Assembly (NCBI GenBank): GCA_963805975.1
Contig: CAWDVR010000005.1
Coordinates: 64,001-128,000 of the forward strand
From: an uncultured Acidobacteriota bacterium
GTDB lineage: Bacteria > Acidobacteriota > Thermoanaerobaculia > Multivoradales > SZUA-115
Length of the DNA stretch: 64,000 nucleotides
Direction: 5' to 3'
The first letter of the stretch is position 1. Each line of letters starts with the position of its first letter. Shown here in pieces: positions 26,121 to 40,580 of this stretch. Both the position numbers and the translations under genes were made by a program. The notes under the pieces were generated by a model. It worked only from the letters and a program-made list of their open reading frames with translations. It searched no databases and was not told the origin of the DNA.

Positions 26121-27040
26121 AGACCGCCGGCGCCGCCAGCGCGAGCGGGCTCGGTGTCGTGGTAGTCCACTACGGTGACCCGGCACCGACCCTCGCCTGC
26201 CTGGCCTCGGTGGCCGCCGACCCCTCGCCCGTGGCGCGCACGATGGTGGTGGTCGACAACTCGGCGAACCTTGCTCGCGGCGCGCTGCCGGCCGAGGTCG
26301 CCGTCCTCTCCTGCCCCGACAACCCCGGCTTCGGCGCCGCCGCCAACCGCGGCGCCCGCCTGCTGGCCGAGCGCGGCACGCTCGCCGGCTATGTCCTGCT
26401 GAACGGCGACGTGGAGCTCCTGCCGGGCTTCCTGGCGGCGGCGGCGGCGGCTTTCACCGCGGGGGCGGGGGCGGCGGGCGGGCCGCTCTATCTCGATCAC
26501 GAGGGCGGTGCGCTGTGGTACGCCGGCGGCCGCATCGACCGCTTCACCGGCACCGTGCGCCAGAAGCGCACCACCGAGGAGGCCGTCCGGGCGAAAGAGG
26601 TGACCTTCATCCCGGGCACGGCGATCGCGGTGTCGGCGCCCGCCTGGGAGGCGGCCGGGGGGTTCGATCCCCTCTTCTTCCTCTACAACGAGGACGTGGA
26701 CCTCTGTCTGCGGCTGGTGCGGGCCGGTTTTCGCTTGCGTTTCGAGCCCGGGATGCGCGCCGTCCACCGCGTGGGCGGCGCCACCGGCTCGCGCGGTCGC
26801 TCGGCGCTCTACCTCGAGCACCTCACCCGCACCCGCCTGCTGCCCTATCCTTCGCGCAGCCATCGGCTCTGGCTCGCCCTCCTGCACACCGGCTGGGTGG
26901 GCTGGCGCGCCGGCGCCCTGCTGGTGCGGCGCGGACGCGCCGGCCGGCCCCTCCTGGCTGCCCTGCTGCGCGGCCACCGCGACGCCCTGGCGAGCGTCTG
27001 GAGCCGCCGCCTGCCAGCCAAGGAAGAACCTTCGCGGTGA
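26117..27040 (+). CDS. GT2 glycosyltransferase
   Basis: VVVVHY, VVVDNS, NPGFGAAANRG, LNGD, GGFDPLFFLYNEDVDLCLR. ATGA overlap with the upstream gene. Confidence 0.88.
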   Translation: MKTAGAASASGLGVVVVHYGDPAPTLACLASVAADPSPVARTMVVVDNSANLARGALPAEVAVLSCPDNPGFGAAANRGARLLAERGTLAGYVLLNGDVELLPGFLAAAAAAFTAGAGAAGGPLYLDHEGGALWYAGGRIDRFTGTVRQKRTTEEAVRAKEVTFIPGTAIAVSAPAWEAAGGFDPLFFLYNEDVDLCLRLVRAGFRLRFEPGMRAVHRVGGATGSRGRSALYLEHLTRTRLLPYPSRSHRLWLALLHTGWVGWRAGALLVRRGRAGRPLLAALLRGHRDALASVWSRRLPAKEEPSR

Positions 27041-27606
27041 GCGTCCCCGAGCCCTTCAAGATCGCCTTCGTGGGCAGCCACGGCGTGGGCAAGACGACGC
27101 TCTGCTACGGGCTCGCGGCGCGGCTCAAGGCGCGCGACCACTCCTGCGAGCTGGTACACGAGATCGCCCGCCGCTGCCCGTTGCCGATCAACCTGGAGAC
27201 CACCGCCGCGGCCCAGGGCTGGATCCTGCACACCCAGGTCGCCGAGGAGCTGGTGGCAGGCGCCCGCTACCGGATCGTGCTCTGCGACCGGAGCGTGCTC
27301 GACAACTACGTCTACCTGCTGCTCGCCTCCGGTGCCGACCCCACGCTCGAGGCCCTGGTGGACGCCTGGGTTCTGACCTACGGCCTGCTGGTCGAGGTGC
27401 CGATCCTCGACCGCCCCTCACCGGACGGCGTGCGCGCCGCCGACCCGGCGTTCCAGCGCGCGGTCGCGGACCGCCTGCGGCGCGAGATCGATCGCCGCTC
27501 TCTCGCCACCCTGCGCCTGGACCCGGCGGACCGCAGCGGCTGGCTCGACCGTGTGGAGAGCGCCGCTCTCGAGCTGCTCGCCCCGCCGCAGCTTTCCCTG
27601 ATCTAG
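27037..27606 (+). CDS. P-loop nucleotide kinase-like ATPase (AAA_28/NadR-C-like)
   Basis: IAFVGSHGVGKTTL, E.AR, CDRSVLDNYVY, DGVR. GTGA overlap with the upstream gene. Confidence 0.8.
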   Translation: MSVPEPFKIAFVGSHGVGKTTLCYGLAARLKARDHSCELVHEIARRCPLPINLETTAAAQGWILHTQVAEELVAGARYRIVLCDRSVLDNYVYLLLASGADPTLEALVDAWVLTYGLLVEVPILDRPSPDGVRAADPAFQRAVADRLRREIDRRSLATLRLDPADRSGWLDRVESAALELLAPPQLSLI

Positions 27607-27640
27607 AATTCCCGGGTTTCTGGTACCCCCGATCCTCGCC

Positions 27641-28639
27641 ATGGACGTCGCCGCCACCCTGACGCGCTCCGCCGCGTTCTCGCACCTGACCGAGGCCGAG
27701 CTCGCGGCCCTGGCACCCCGGCTCGCAGTCGAGCGGATCGCTGCCGGCTCCGTCATCGTGCGCCAGGACGACGCCACGCACGACGCCTACCTGCTGGCCG
27801 AGGGCGGCGTGCGGATCGAGCGCGAGACGCCGTTCGGCCGCTATGTCCTGGCCGAGCTTCCGGCCGGCGGCCTCTTCGGCGAGGCGAGCTTCGTCGACGC
27901 CAAGGGCCGTTCGGGGGACGTGCTCGCCACCGTCGACAGCGCGCTGGTGGTGTTCAACCACCAGGCTCTCGACCCGTTCCTGGAAGAGGACGACCGGCTG
28001 AGCCTCGCCCTCTACTGGGCCTTCTGGAAGAGCCTTTCCGAGAAGCTGCGGCGGGCCAACCAGCACCTGGTGGAGTTCTTCACCGAGCCTTCCGGCCGGC
28101 CGGCACCGGTGGCCGGTGACGACCGCAGCCCCACGGGCCAGTTCCAGGTCGGCATCGCGGCCAAGAAGCTGCTCTTCGAGGAGCAGACGCTCTCCCCGAT
28201 GGAGATCAACTTTCTGACCTCGCTCTCCAAGGCCAAGCAGCTCGAGCCCGGGGAGGTGATCTTCCGTGAGGGCGAGCCCGGCGACCGCATGTACGTGGTG
28301 CTCGAAGGCCGAGTGATGATCAGCAAGCACATTCCCGGGGTGGGGGAAGAGGCGCTCGCCTTCCTCGAGCGGGGCGACTACTTCGGGGAGATGGCGCTGA
28401 TCGAGAACCTGCCGCGCTCGGCCGAGGCCAAGGCCCACGCCGGGTCGGCGGTGGTGCTGTCGATCCCCCGCGACGTGGTGGCGGGAGTGCTCGACATCCG
28501 CAAGGTCTCCTCGCTGCGCCTGCTCAAGCTGCTGTGCTCGCTGATCGCCAAGCGCCTGCGGGAGATCGACGAGAAGATCGTCGGCTGGTTCATGCTCGCC
28601 GGCGGCGGGGCCGGGGCCGGCCGGCCCCCGGGCCGTTGA
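27641..28639 (+). CDS. tandem cyclic-nucleotide-binding domain protein (no HTH)
   Basis: Two cNMP domains: FGEASFVD..GRSGDV and FGEMALIE..PRSAEA. Confidence 0.85.
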   Translation: MDVAATLTRSAAFSHLTEAELAALAPRLAVERIAAGSVIVRQDDATHDAYLLAEGGVRIERETPFGRYVLAELPAGGLFGEASFVDAKGRSGDVLATVDSALVVFNHQALDPFLEEDDRLSLALYWAFWKSLSEKLRRANQHLVEFFTEPSGRPAPVAGDDRSPTGQFQVGIAAKKLLFEEQTLSPMEINFLTSLSKAKQLEPGEVIFREGEPGDRMYVVLEGRVMISKHIPGVGEEALAFLERGDYFGEMALIENLPRSAEAKAHAGSAVVLSIPRDVVAGVLDIRKVSSLRLLKLLCSLIAKRLREIDEKIVGWFMLAGGGAGAGRPPGR

Positions 28640-29738
28640 TCGGCGGGCCGCTAGCCGCCGCGGCGCGGAGTGCCTTGCCCACCAGCGACGAGAGCGGGAG
28701 CGCCTCCCGCTCCCGGGCGTCGAACCAGCCCGCCTCGACGTTATCCTCGACGACCCCCGTGCCCGCGAGGCACGCGGACACTACCTGCGCCTCGATGTCG
28801 CGATGGGTGATGCCGTGCCGAACCGTCGCCAGCTCGCGCCCGATCTGCCAGGCTCCGCCATAGCGCGCGGTGAGCCCCGCCGCGGCGCGGGACTCTGGCC
28901 CGGCCCCCTCCTCCCCCTCTTCCTCGATCTCCACCCACGGCAGCTCCCAGGTACCGGCCAGCAGGGCCGAATCCTCGGGCCGCCTGAAGAGCAGCGCCCG
29001 GCCTTCCTCTTCGACCAGCGCCACCAGCAGCTTGACCCGGGTCGCGGCGCGCCGGCGGCGCGCCGGCGGAAAGCGCTCCGGATCGCCGGCGGCGAGAGCC
29101 GCGCAGCCGTCGGCCAAGGGGCAGAGCAGGCAACGGGGGCGTTGCGGGAGGCAGAGCGTCGCCCCGAGCTCCATCAGTGCCTGGTTCGAGTCCCCGGGGC
29201 GCGCGGCGTCGAGGAGAGTGGCGGCGGTGGCGCGCAGGCGCTGACGGGCACGCGCCGTCTTGGGGTCTTCTTCGAGCGCCAGCAGACGGCCGACCACGCG
29301 TTCGACGTTACCGTCCACTACCGGCTCCACCACGGCAAAGGCGATCGAGGCCACGGCCGCGGCGGTATAGGGGCCGATGCCGGGCAAGGCTTCTAGACCC
29401 GCCACCGTGCGCGGGAACGCGCCCTGCTCGACGATCAGCCGCGCGGCGGCGTGCATCTGGCGGGCGCGGCGGTAGTAGCCGAGGCCCGACCACGAGGCCA
29501 GGACCTCGTCGATCTCTGCCTTCGCCAGCGCTTCGACGGCGGGAAAGCGGGCCAGAAACCGCTCGAAGTAGGGGATGACGGTCTCGACCCGGGTCTGCTG
29601 GAGCATGATCTCCGAGACCCAGATGCGATAGGGGTCCTGGCTTCGACGCCAGGGAAGGTCCCGGCGGTGCCGGTCATACCAGGCGAGAAGGAGAGGGGCG
29701 AGAGGGCCGGGGACCAGCAGATCTTGCCGGCAGCTCAT
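28590..29738 (-). CDS. mutY: A/G-specific adenine glycosylase
   Basis: RDLPWR, WVSEIMLQQT, GLGYYRRAR, LPGIGPYTAAA, VDGNV.RV, [4Fe-4S] motif CLPQRPRCLLCPLADGC. The 3' end overlaps the convergent cNMP gene. Confidence 0.95.
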   Translation of the reverse strand: MSCRQDLLVPGPLAPLLLAWYDRHRRDLPWRRSQDPYRIWVSEIMLQQTRVETVIPYFERFLARFPAVEALAKAEIDEVLASWSGLGYYRRARQMHAAARLIVEQGAFPRTVAGLEALPGIGPYTAAAVASIAFAVVEPVVDGNVERVVGRLLALEEDPKTARARQRLRATAATLLDAARPGDSNQALMELGATLCLPQRPRCLLCPLADGCAALAAGDPERFPPARRRRAATRVKLLVALVEEEGRALLFRRPEDSALLAGTWELPWVEIEEEGEEGAGPESRAAAGLTARYGGAWQIGRELATVRHGITHRDIEAQVVSACLAGTGVVEDNVEAGWFDAREREALPLSSLVGKALRAAAASGPPINGPGAGRPRPRRRRA

Positions 29739-30039
29739 GCCGGATTGAGTATAGGGCCAATCTGGCATGCGTTTCCGGCACAGGCCAAGACTGCCCTCTG
29801 CCGTCAGGAGGGGTTAGATCAGGGAATCTTTGGCTGAAAAGGGAAAATCCCCCTTCTGGAGGGGGAAATACGGGGGGAGGTCCCGTCGAAGGTGGGCTGG
29901 TTTGAGGATTTACCCCTGTTGCATAGGGGATTTTGGCTGGATCGTAGAGGGGAGGCTTTAGGCCTCGATGTAGGTGAGAAGTTGGGTGGTGGGGTGGAAC
30001 CTCCCTCGTATCGTTGTTAACAGGTCGTTAACGCTTCTG

Positions 30040-30055
30040 CGTTCCACGTGAAGCA
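30040..30055. promoter_or_regulatory. parS site near oriC
   Basis: CGTTCCACGTGAAGCA versus consensus TGTTNCACGTGAAACA. Confidence 0.7.
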
Positions 30056-30140
30056 AGCGACGTGCCAGGCTCGATGGAGGGCAGATCCAGGGCGGCCAGG
30101 TAGGGTTACCACGGCGAGCGCGAAAACTTTGTTTGGAGGC

Positions 30141-30169
30141 TTGAACGGCGCGGGGGCTGCTGGTATCAT
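30141..30169 (+). promoter_or_regulatory. dnaA promoter
   Basis: TTGAAC, 17 bp, extended -10 TGgTATCAT. Confidence 0.65.
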
Positions 30170-30226
30170 CCCTCTTCTCGCCGGCAAAGCAGTCCCAGCC
30201 TGGCTCCAAAGGGAAAAGTGTAAGGG

Positions 30227-30258
30227 TTTTCCGCAGGTTGTGGAAAAGGTGTGGAAAA
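30227..30258. promoter_or_regulatory. cluster of three DnaA boxes in the dnaA leader (oriC part 1 / autoregulation)
   Basis: TTTTCCGCA (30227-30235), TGTGGAAAA (30239-30247), TGTGGAAAA (30250-30258). Confidence 0.8.
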
Positions 30259-30304
30259 TCGCGTCTCTTGCCGTTTCCGTGAATCCTGAATCGAGCCGCC
30301 GACC

Positions 30305-31585
30305 ATGACCTCAGCCTGGCCACAGCTCGAAAGCGCTCTGCGGGCCAAGCTGGGCGCGGATGAGTTCGCCACCTGGTTCGGCAATCTCAAGGTGCGCTCC
30401 GACGAGAACGGCCGGCTCGTCCTCCAGGCGCCCAACAAGCGGGTGCTGCACACTCTCGAGACCAGCTATCGGCCGCTCGTCGATCGCGCCATCGCAGGGC
30501 TCGGCGGCAGGCCGCTCGAGGTTCTCTTCACGGTCGACGCCGACAAGCCGGCAGCGCAGACCCGTGGCGCTGCCCAGTTCAACCCGCGCTACCTGTTCGC
30601 CAACTTCGTCGTCGGCTCCTCCAACCAGTTCGCACACGCCGCGGCGCGCGCCGTGGCGGAGAAGCCCTCTCACAGCTACAACCCGCTCTTTCTCTACGGC
30701 GGTGTCGGCCTCGGCAAGACGCATCTGCTGCACGCCGTCGGCCACGAGATCCTGCGCCTGCACCCGCACCTCGAGGTGCGCTATCTGGCGGCCGAGCAGT
30801 TCGTCAACGAGCTCATCAACTCGATCCGCTTCGACCGCATGCCGGTCTTCCGCGAGCGCTACCGCAACATCGACGTGCTGCTGGTCGACGACATCCAGTT
30901 CCTCGCCAACAAGGAGCGCACTCAAGAGGAGTTCTTCCACACCTTCAACACCCTGTACACCAGCCAGAAGCAGATCATCCTCTCCTCGGATTCCTCGCCG
31001 CGTGACATCCAGACCCTGGAGGAGCGGCTGCGCAGCCGCTTCGAGTGGGGCCTGATCACCGACATCCAGCCCCCGGAGCTCGAGACCAAGGTGGCGATCC
31101 TGCGCCGCAAGGCCGACCTCGAGGGGACGACCCTGCCCGACGATGTCGCCCTCTTCATCGCCCGCCAGGTGCGCTCCTCGATCCGCGAGCTCGAAGGCCT
31201 GCTCAACCGGGTGGTCGCCTTCGCCTCGCTGACCGGCAAGCAGTTGACCGTCGACCTCGCCAAGGAGACGCTCAAGGACATCGTCTGGCAGGCCGGGCCC
31301 CGCTTCACCGGCGCCGACATCATCAAGCACGTGGCCCGCCACTACGGGCTCAAGGTCAGCGAGATCAAGAGCCGCAACAACGCCAAGCCGATCTCCTTCC
31401 CCCGCCACGTGGCCATGTACCTGTGCCGCCGGCTCACCGAGCTCTCGCTGCCCGAGATCGGCAAGCAGTTCAACAACAAGCATCACTCGACGGTCAAGTA
31501 CTCGATCGACAAGATCGAGGAGCTGCGGACCAAAGACGAGGATCTGGACCGTACCCTGCGCCAGCTCGCCGAGCATTTCTCCTGA
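30305..31585 (+). CDS. dnaA: chromosomal replication initiator DnaA
   Basis: FVVGSSNQFA, YNPLFLYGGVGLGKTHL, DDIQF, QEEFFHTFN, RLRSRFEWGL, and domain IV. Confidence 0.98.
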   Translation: MTSAWPQLESALRAKLGADEFATWFGNLKVRSDENGRLVLQAPNKRVLHTLETSYRPLVDRAIAGLGGRPLEVLFTVDADKPAAQTRGAAQFNPRYLFANFVVGSSNQFAHAAARAVAEKPSHSYNPLFLYGGVGLGKTHLLHAVGHEILRLHPHLEVRYLAAEQFVNELINSIRFDRMPVFRERYRNIDVLLVDDIQFLANKERTQEEFFHTFNTLYTSQKQIILSSDSSPRDIQTLEERLRSRFEWGLITDIQPPELETKVAILRRKADLEGTTLPDDVALFIARQVRSSIRELEGLLNRVVAFASLTGKQLTVDLAKETLKDIVWQAGPRFTGADIIKHVARHYGLKVSEIKSRNNAKPISFPRHVAMYLCRRLTELSLPEIGKQFNNKHHSTVKYSIDKIEELRTKDEDLDRTLRQLAEHFS

Positions 31586-31836
31586 GCCCGAGTCGCGCCC
31601 GGAAAATCCTCCGGAAAGCCTGTCGAAAAGCTGTTCTTCAGCTTGCGGATAGTCTTCACCTCGGAGCTTTCCGCAACCGCTCCGCAGCCCCTCCACAGGC
31701 GAAACCCGCGTTCTGCGGAGAAGACTAAGCTCTTGCCGGCGCAGCCACTTGGGAGGTTTCTCCCGCTTTCCGCAGCGCCTTCTACGACGGCTTCTGTGGT
31801 GTTATATTTCAAACTCTTTTCGGGAGAGGGGAGACG
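31586..31836. other. oriC (dnaA-dnaN intergenic): DnaA boxes, DnaA-trio-like tract and AT-rich unwinding element
   Basis: Degenerate boxes at 31621, 31644, 31667, 31689, 31714 and 31766. The last box is followed by GCGCC-TTC TAC GAC GGC TTC and GTTATATTTCAAACTCTTTT. Confidence 0.8.
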
Positions 31837-32958
31837 ATGGAGATCCGACTGAACCGCGCCGACTTCTTGACCGAGCTCGGTCCGATGCAGGGCATCGTCG
31901 AGCGCAAGACGACCATTCCGGCGCTGGCTCACATCCTGCTCACGGCCAAGGACGATCGCCTCACCCTCTCCGGTACCGACCTGGACGTCTCGCTCACCTC
32001 CTGGTGCCCGGGCGAGGTGGTGCGCGCCGGCAGGGTGGCGGTGCAGGCCAAGAAGCTGGTCGAGATCATCCGCGCCGTCGAGGGCGAGGAAGTGCTGCTC
32101 TCCGAGGAGGAGCCGCAAACGCTTTCCATCCGCGCCCGCGCTTCGCGGTTCAAGATTCGGGGTATGAACCCGGAGGACTTTCCCACCCTGCCGCAGGTCG
32201 CGGAAGGGGTGACCTTCGAGATGTCCTCACCCGAGTTCCGCCGCATGATCGCCAAGGTGCTGTTCGCGGTCTCGGCCGAGGAATCGCGGTTCCAGTTGAA
32301 CGGCGCCTTGATGAAGGTGAAAGAGAAGTCGCTCGAGATGGTGGCGACCGACGGCCACCGCCTGGCGCTGGTCGAGAACGTGGCCGCCAAGGCCTCCGAG
32401 GGCCAGGATCAGGACGGAGCGCCGCGGGATGGCGTGCTGGTGCCGCGCAAGGCGCTGCAGGAGCTGCTGCGCTTCGAGGGCGACAGCGCCCTCGCCTACC
32501 GCCACGGCCAGCATCACCTTTCCTTCCGTGTCGGCCGGCGCGAGCTGGTGTGCCGCATCCTCGAGGGCTCGTTCCCGGACTACGAGCGGGTGATCGCCAA
32601 GGAGAACCCGCACGCGGCCTCGTTCGAGCGCCGCCAGTTGATGGATGCCGTGCGCCGTGTGGCGCTCCTGACCGGAGACCGTGCGCGCTCGGTGCGCCTC
32701 CACTTCGAGACCGACCAACTGACGATCTCGGCCGCCAACCCCGACTTGGGCGAGGCCGTCGAGGAGCTCGCCTGTGAGTACGCCGGGGACGAGATCAAGC
32801 TCGGCATGAACCCGGACTACCTGACGGAGTTCCTGACCGCGGTCGAGACCGACCGCGTCCGCCTGCAGTTGAAGGACGAGAACACGCAGGCCGTGGGCTA
32901 TCCGCTCGACGGTCCGGACGAGCGCTACCTCTGCGTCATCATGCCGATGCGGATCTAG
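31837..32958 (+). CDS. dnaN: DNA polymerase III beta sliding clamp
   Basis: TIPAL, GTDLD, ATDGHRLA, FPDYERVI, VIMPMRI. Confidence 0.97.
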   Translation: MEIRLNRADFLTELGPMQGIVERKTTIPALAHILLTAKDDRLTLSGTDLDVSLTSWCPGEVVRAGRVAVQAKKLVEIIRAVEGEEVLLSEEEPQTLSIRARASRFKIRGMNPEDFPTLPQVAEGVTFEMSSPEFRRMIAKVLFAVSAEESRFQLNGALMKVKEKSLEMVATDGHRLALVENVAAKASEGQDQDGAPRDGVLVPRKALQELLRFEGDSALAYRHGQHHLSFRVGRRELVCRILEGSFPDYERVIAKENPHAASFERRQLMDAVRRVALLTGDRARSVRLHFETDQLTISAANPDLGEAVEELACEYAGDEIKLGMNPDYLTEFLTAVETDRVRLQLKDENTQAVGYPLDGPDERYLCVIMPMRI

Positions 32959-32976
32959 GGAGCGTCCCGGCCCCGT

Positions 32977-34038
32977 TTGCTCGCCACCCTCTCTCTACGC
33001 AACTTCCGCAACCTCGATCCGCTCGACTTGGAGCTCGGGCCGGGGAGCCATCTCCTCTTGGGCGAGAACGGCGCCGGCAAGACCAGCCTGCTCGAGGCGA
33101 TCTACGTGCTCTCGACCACCAAGAGCTTCCGCGCCGCCCAGCTCGCCGACTGCCGGCGCCATGGCGAGGATGACTTCACCCTGAGCGGCGAGGTGGCGGG
33201 CGAGGTGAGGACGGCGCTCGAGGTCTCGTGGTGGCGGGGTGAGCGCCGGCGTGCCGTCAACGGCAAGCAGGCGAGCCTCGCCGATCACCTGGCGGTGCAA
33301 CCGCTGGTGGTGTGGTCGGCGGCCGACGCCGAGGCGCTTTCCGGCGAGCCACGCCTGCGCCGACGGCTGCTCGACCGCGGTGTCGTGAGCCTCAAGCCGG
33401 CCACTCTCGCGGCGCTCGCCCGCTACCGCCACGCGCTGGTGCAGAAGCGGAGCGCCCTCCTCTCCCAGGGCGCCGATCTCGCGGCCTGGGACCAGATCCT
33501 GGCGCAGGCGGCGGCGGAGATCATCGCGCTCCGGCGGCGCTACTTCGAGCGCCTCGCGGTAGCTGCCGCGGAGGTGATCGCGGCCTCCGGCCTGCCGCTG
33601 GCCGCGGTCGAGCTGGTCTACCGGCCCTCGCCCGCCGCCGGCGCCGAGGGCGAGGCCGCCGTGATGGCGGCCCTGGAGCGGGCCCGCGCCGAAGAGCGGC
33701 GTCGAGGCCTGGCCCTGGTCGGGCCGCACCGCGACGACCTCGAGATTCGCCTGGGCGGCCATCCCGTGCGGCGGGTGGCGTCGGCGGGCGAGCGCCGCGC
33801 CCTGGGGCTGATGCTCGCGGCTGCCCACGGAAGGGTGCTCGAGGAGTCGGGCCGGCCGCCGGTCTACCTGCTCGACGATGCCGACGCCGAGCTCTCCCGC
33901 GACACGTTGCGGAGCGTCTGGAGAGCCTTTGGGGGAGACCGACAGGCCGTGGTCACATCGAGCCGCCCCGCGGCCTGGAAAGACCTCTCGCTGGGCCGCC
34001 GGTGGCAGGTCTCCGGCGGCCGTTTGGAGGCCTCCTGA
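32977..34038 (+). CDS. recF: DNA replication/repair protein RecF
   Basis: NFRN, GENGAGKTSLLEAI, RRRLLD, GPHRDDL, SAGERR, LLDD. TTG start. Confidence 0.92.
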   Translation: MLATLSLRNFRNLDPLDLELGPGSHLLLGENGAGKTSLLEAIYVLSTTKSFRAAQLADCRRHGEDDFTLSGEVAGEVRTALEVSWWRGERRRAVNGKQASLADHLAVQPLVVWSAADAEALSGEPRLRRRLLDRGVVSLKPATLAALARYRHALVQKRSALLSQGADLAAWDQILAQAAAEIIALRRRYFERLAVAAAEVIAASGLPLAAVELVYRPSPAAGAEGEAAVMAALERARAEERRRGLALVGPHRDDLEIRLGGHPVRRVASAGERRALGLMLAAAHGRVLEESGRPPVYLLDDADAELSRDTLRSVWRAFGGDRQAVVTSSRPAAWKDLSLGRRWQVSGGRLEAS

Positions 34039-34081
34039 GAAGGCCCCGGCCGGTGCCCACAAAGCCTTTGTTTTTAGATAG

Positions 34082-36628
<2,547 letters not shown>

Positions 36629-36632
36629 GAGC

Positions 36633-36657
36633 CGCGGCGGGGAGCGCTCCCGCCGCG
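36633..36657. repeat. GC-rich palindrome between gyrB and gyrA
   Basis: CGCGGCGGGGAGC/GCTCCCGCCGCG (one bulge). Confidence 0.55.
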
Positions 36658-36713
36658 AGCGCCGGCCGGCCGCCGGCACAACGCAGTGAGAACCGAGGAA
36701 AGACGAAAAACGG

Positions 36714-39251
<2,538 letters not shown>

Positions 39252-39264
39252 GAGGAAAACAACG

Positions 39265-39924
39265 ATGGACTTTTTTCTCGACACCGCAGAGATGGACGAG
39301 ATCAAGACCGGCCTCGAGTGGGGGATGGTCGACGGCATCACCACCAACCCCAGTCTGATCGCCAAGGCCGGCAGGCCCTACCTCGCCACCGTGCGCGAAG
39401 TGGCAGAGCTGGTGGGCGATCGCCCGGTCTCCGGCGAGGTGCTGGCCACGGACTACGAGGGCATCCTCGCCCAGGGCCGCAGGCTCGCCGGTCTGGCGCC
39501 CAACGTGGTGGTCAAGGTGCCTCTCCTGCCCACCGGGCTCCGCGCCGTCGGCACCTTCCGGGAGGAGGGCATCAAGACCAACGTCACCCTCTGCTTCTCC
39601 GCCAACCAGGCTCTCCTCGCCGCCAAGGCCGGTGCCACCTACATCTCGCCCTTTGTCGGCCGCCTGGACGACGTCGGCCACGACGGAATGCAGTTGATCG
39701 AGGAGATCGTCACGCTGTACCAGAACTACGGCTTCGAGACCCGGGTGCTGGTGGCCTCCGTGCGCTCCCCCACCCACGTCACCCGCGCGGCGGTCCTGGG
39801 AGCCGACGTCGCCACCATCCCGTTCAAGGTGCTGGCCCAGCTCTACAAGCACCCGCTCTCGGACGCCGGCCTCGACCTCTTCCTCTCCGACTGGAAGAAG
39901 ACGGGAAAGGGCTTCGAAGATTAG
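39265..39924 (+). CDS. tal: transaldolase (small TalC/FSA-family type)
   Basis: [16 protein letters not shown] (Schiff-base Lys), [15 protein letters not shown] (Phe) and SGEV (Glu) favour transaldolase over FSA. Confidence 0.9.
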   Translation: MDFFLDTAEMDEIKTGLEWGMVDGITTNPSLIAKAGRPYLATVREVAELVGDRPVSGEVLATDYEGILAQGRRLAGLAPNVVVKVPLLPTGLRAVGTFREEGIKTNVTLCFSANQALLAAKAGATYISPFVGRLDDVGHDGMQLIEEIVTLYQNYGFETRVLVASVRSPTHVTRAAVLGADVATIPFKVLAQLYKHPLSDAGLDLFLSDWKKTGKGFED

Positions 39925-39973
39925 CCAGCCGGTCATTCCCGGGTTCTACCGTCTGGCCTGGGGTTTCTACCTG

Positions 39974-40480
39974 GTGCTCGCCATCGTCGGCGGCGTCTGG
40001 GTGAGCGCCCGCGAGGGCAGCCTCGCCGCCGCGCTCTTCCTCGATCCGCAGCGCTGGTGGCTCGACCTGGCCGCGGGGATATCGGCCGGCGCCGTGCTCC
40101 TGGGGGTGTGGCGTCTGCTCAAGGCTCTTCTGCCGGCGGGCGACATCCTCGAGCAGCACTTCGCCGGCCTCCTCGCCGGCCTGGAGCCCGGCCACGCGGT
40201 GGCGCTCGCCGGGCTCTCGGGCTTCGCCGAGGAGCTCTTCTTCCGCGGCGCCGTCCAGGGCCAGTGGGGCCTCCTCGCCGGGAGCCTCCTTTTCGGCCTG
40301 CTGCACACCGGGCCCGGAGCGCCCTTCCGCCTCTGGACCCTCTTCGCCACCCTCGCCGGCCTCACCCTCGGGGGCCTCGCCTTGTGGAGCGGTAACCTTC
40401 TGGCTCCGATCGTCGCCCATTTCGTTCTCAACGCGGTGAACCTCCGCCGTCTGGCCGGGGCGGAGCACGGCACCGCCTGA
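39974..40480 (+). CDS. CPBP/Abi-family intramembrane glutamic endopeptidase (true start may be further upstream)
   Basis: AEELFFRG, FGLLH, AHFVLN motifs. Confidence 0.85.
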   Translation: MLAIVGGVWVSAREGSLAAALFLDPQRWWLDLAAGISAGAVLLGVWRLLKALLPAGDILEQHFAGLLAGLEPGHAVALAGLSGFAEELFFRGAVQGQWGLLAGSLLFGLLHTGPGAPFRLWTLFATLAGLTLGGLALWSGNLLAPIVAHFVLNAVNLRRLAGAEHGTA

Positions 40481-40580
40481 GGCTCGCCGCGCCCAGCGCT
40501 CTGCTAGACTGACGCCCCCCGGCGCGCTAGCGCAGGTGCGTATGGACGCACAAGCTTACGGGAGGCATGGGAGGGTTCGG

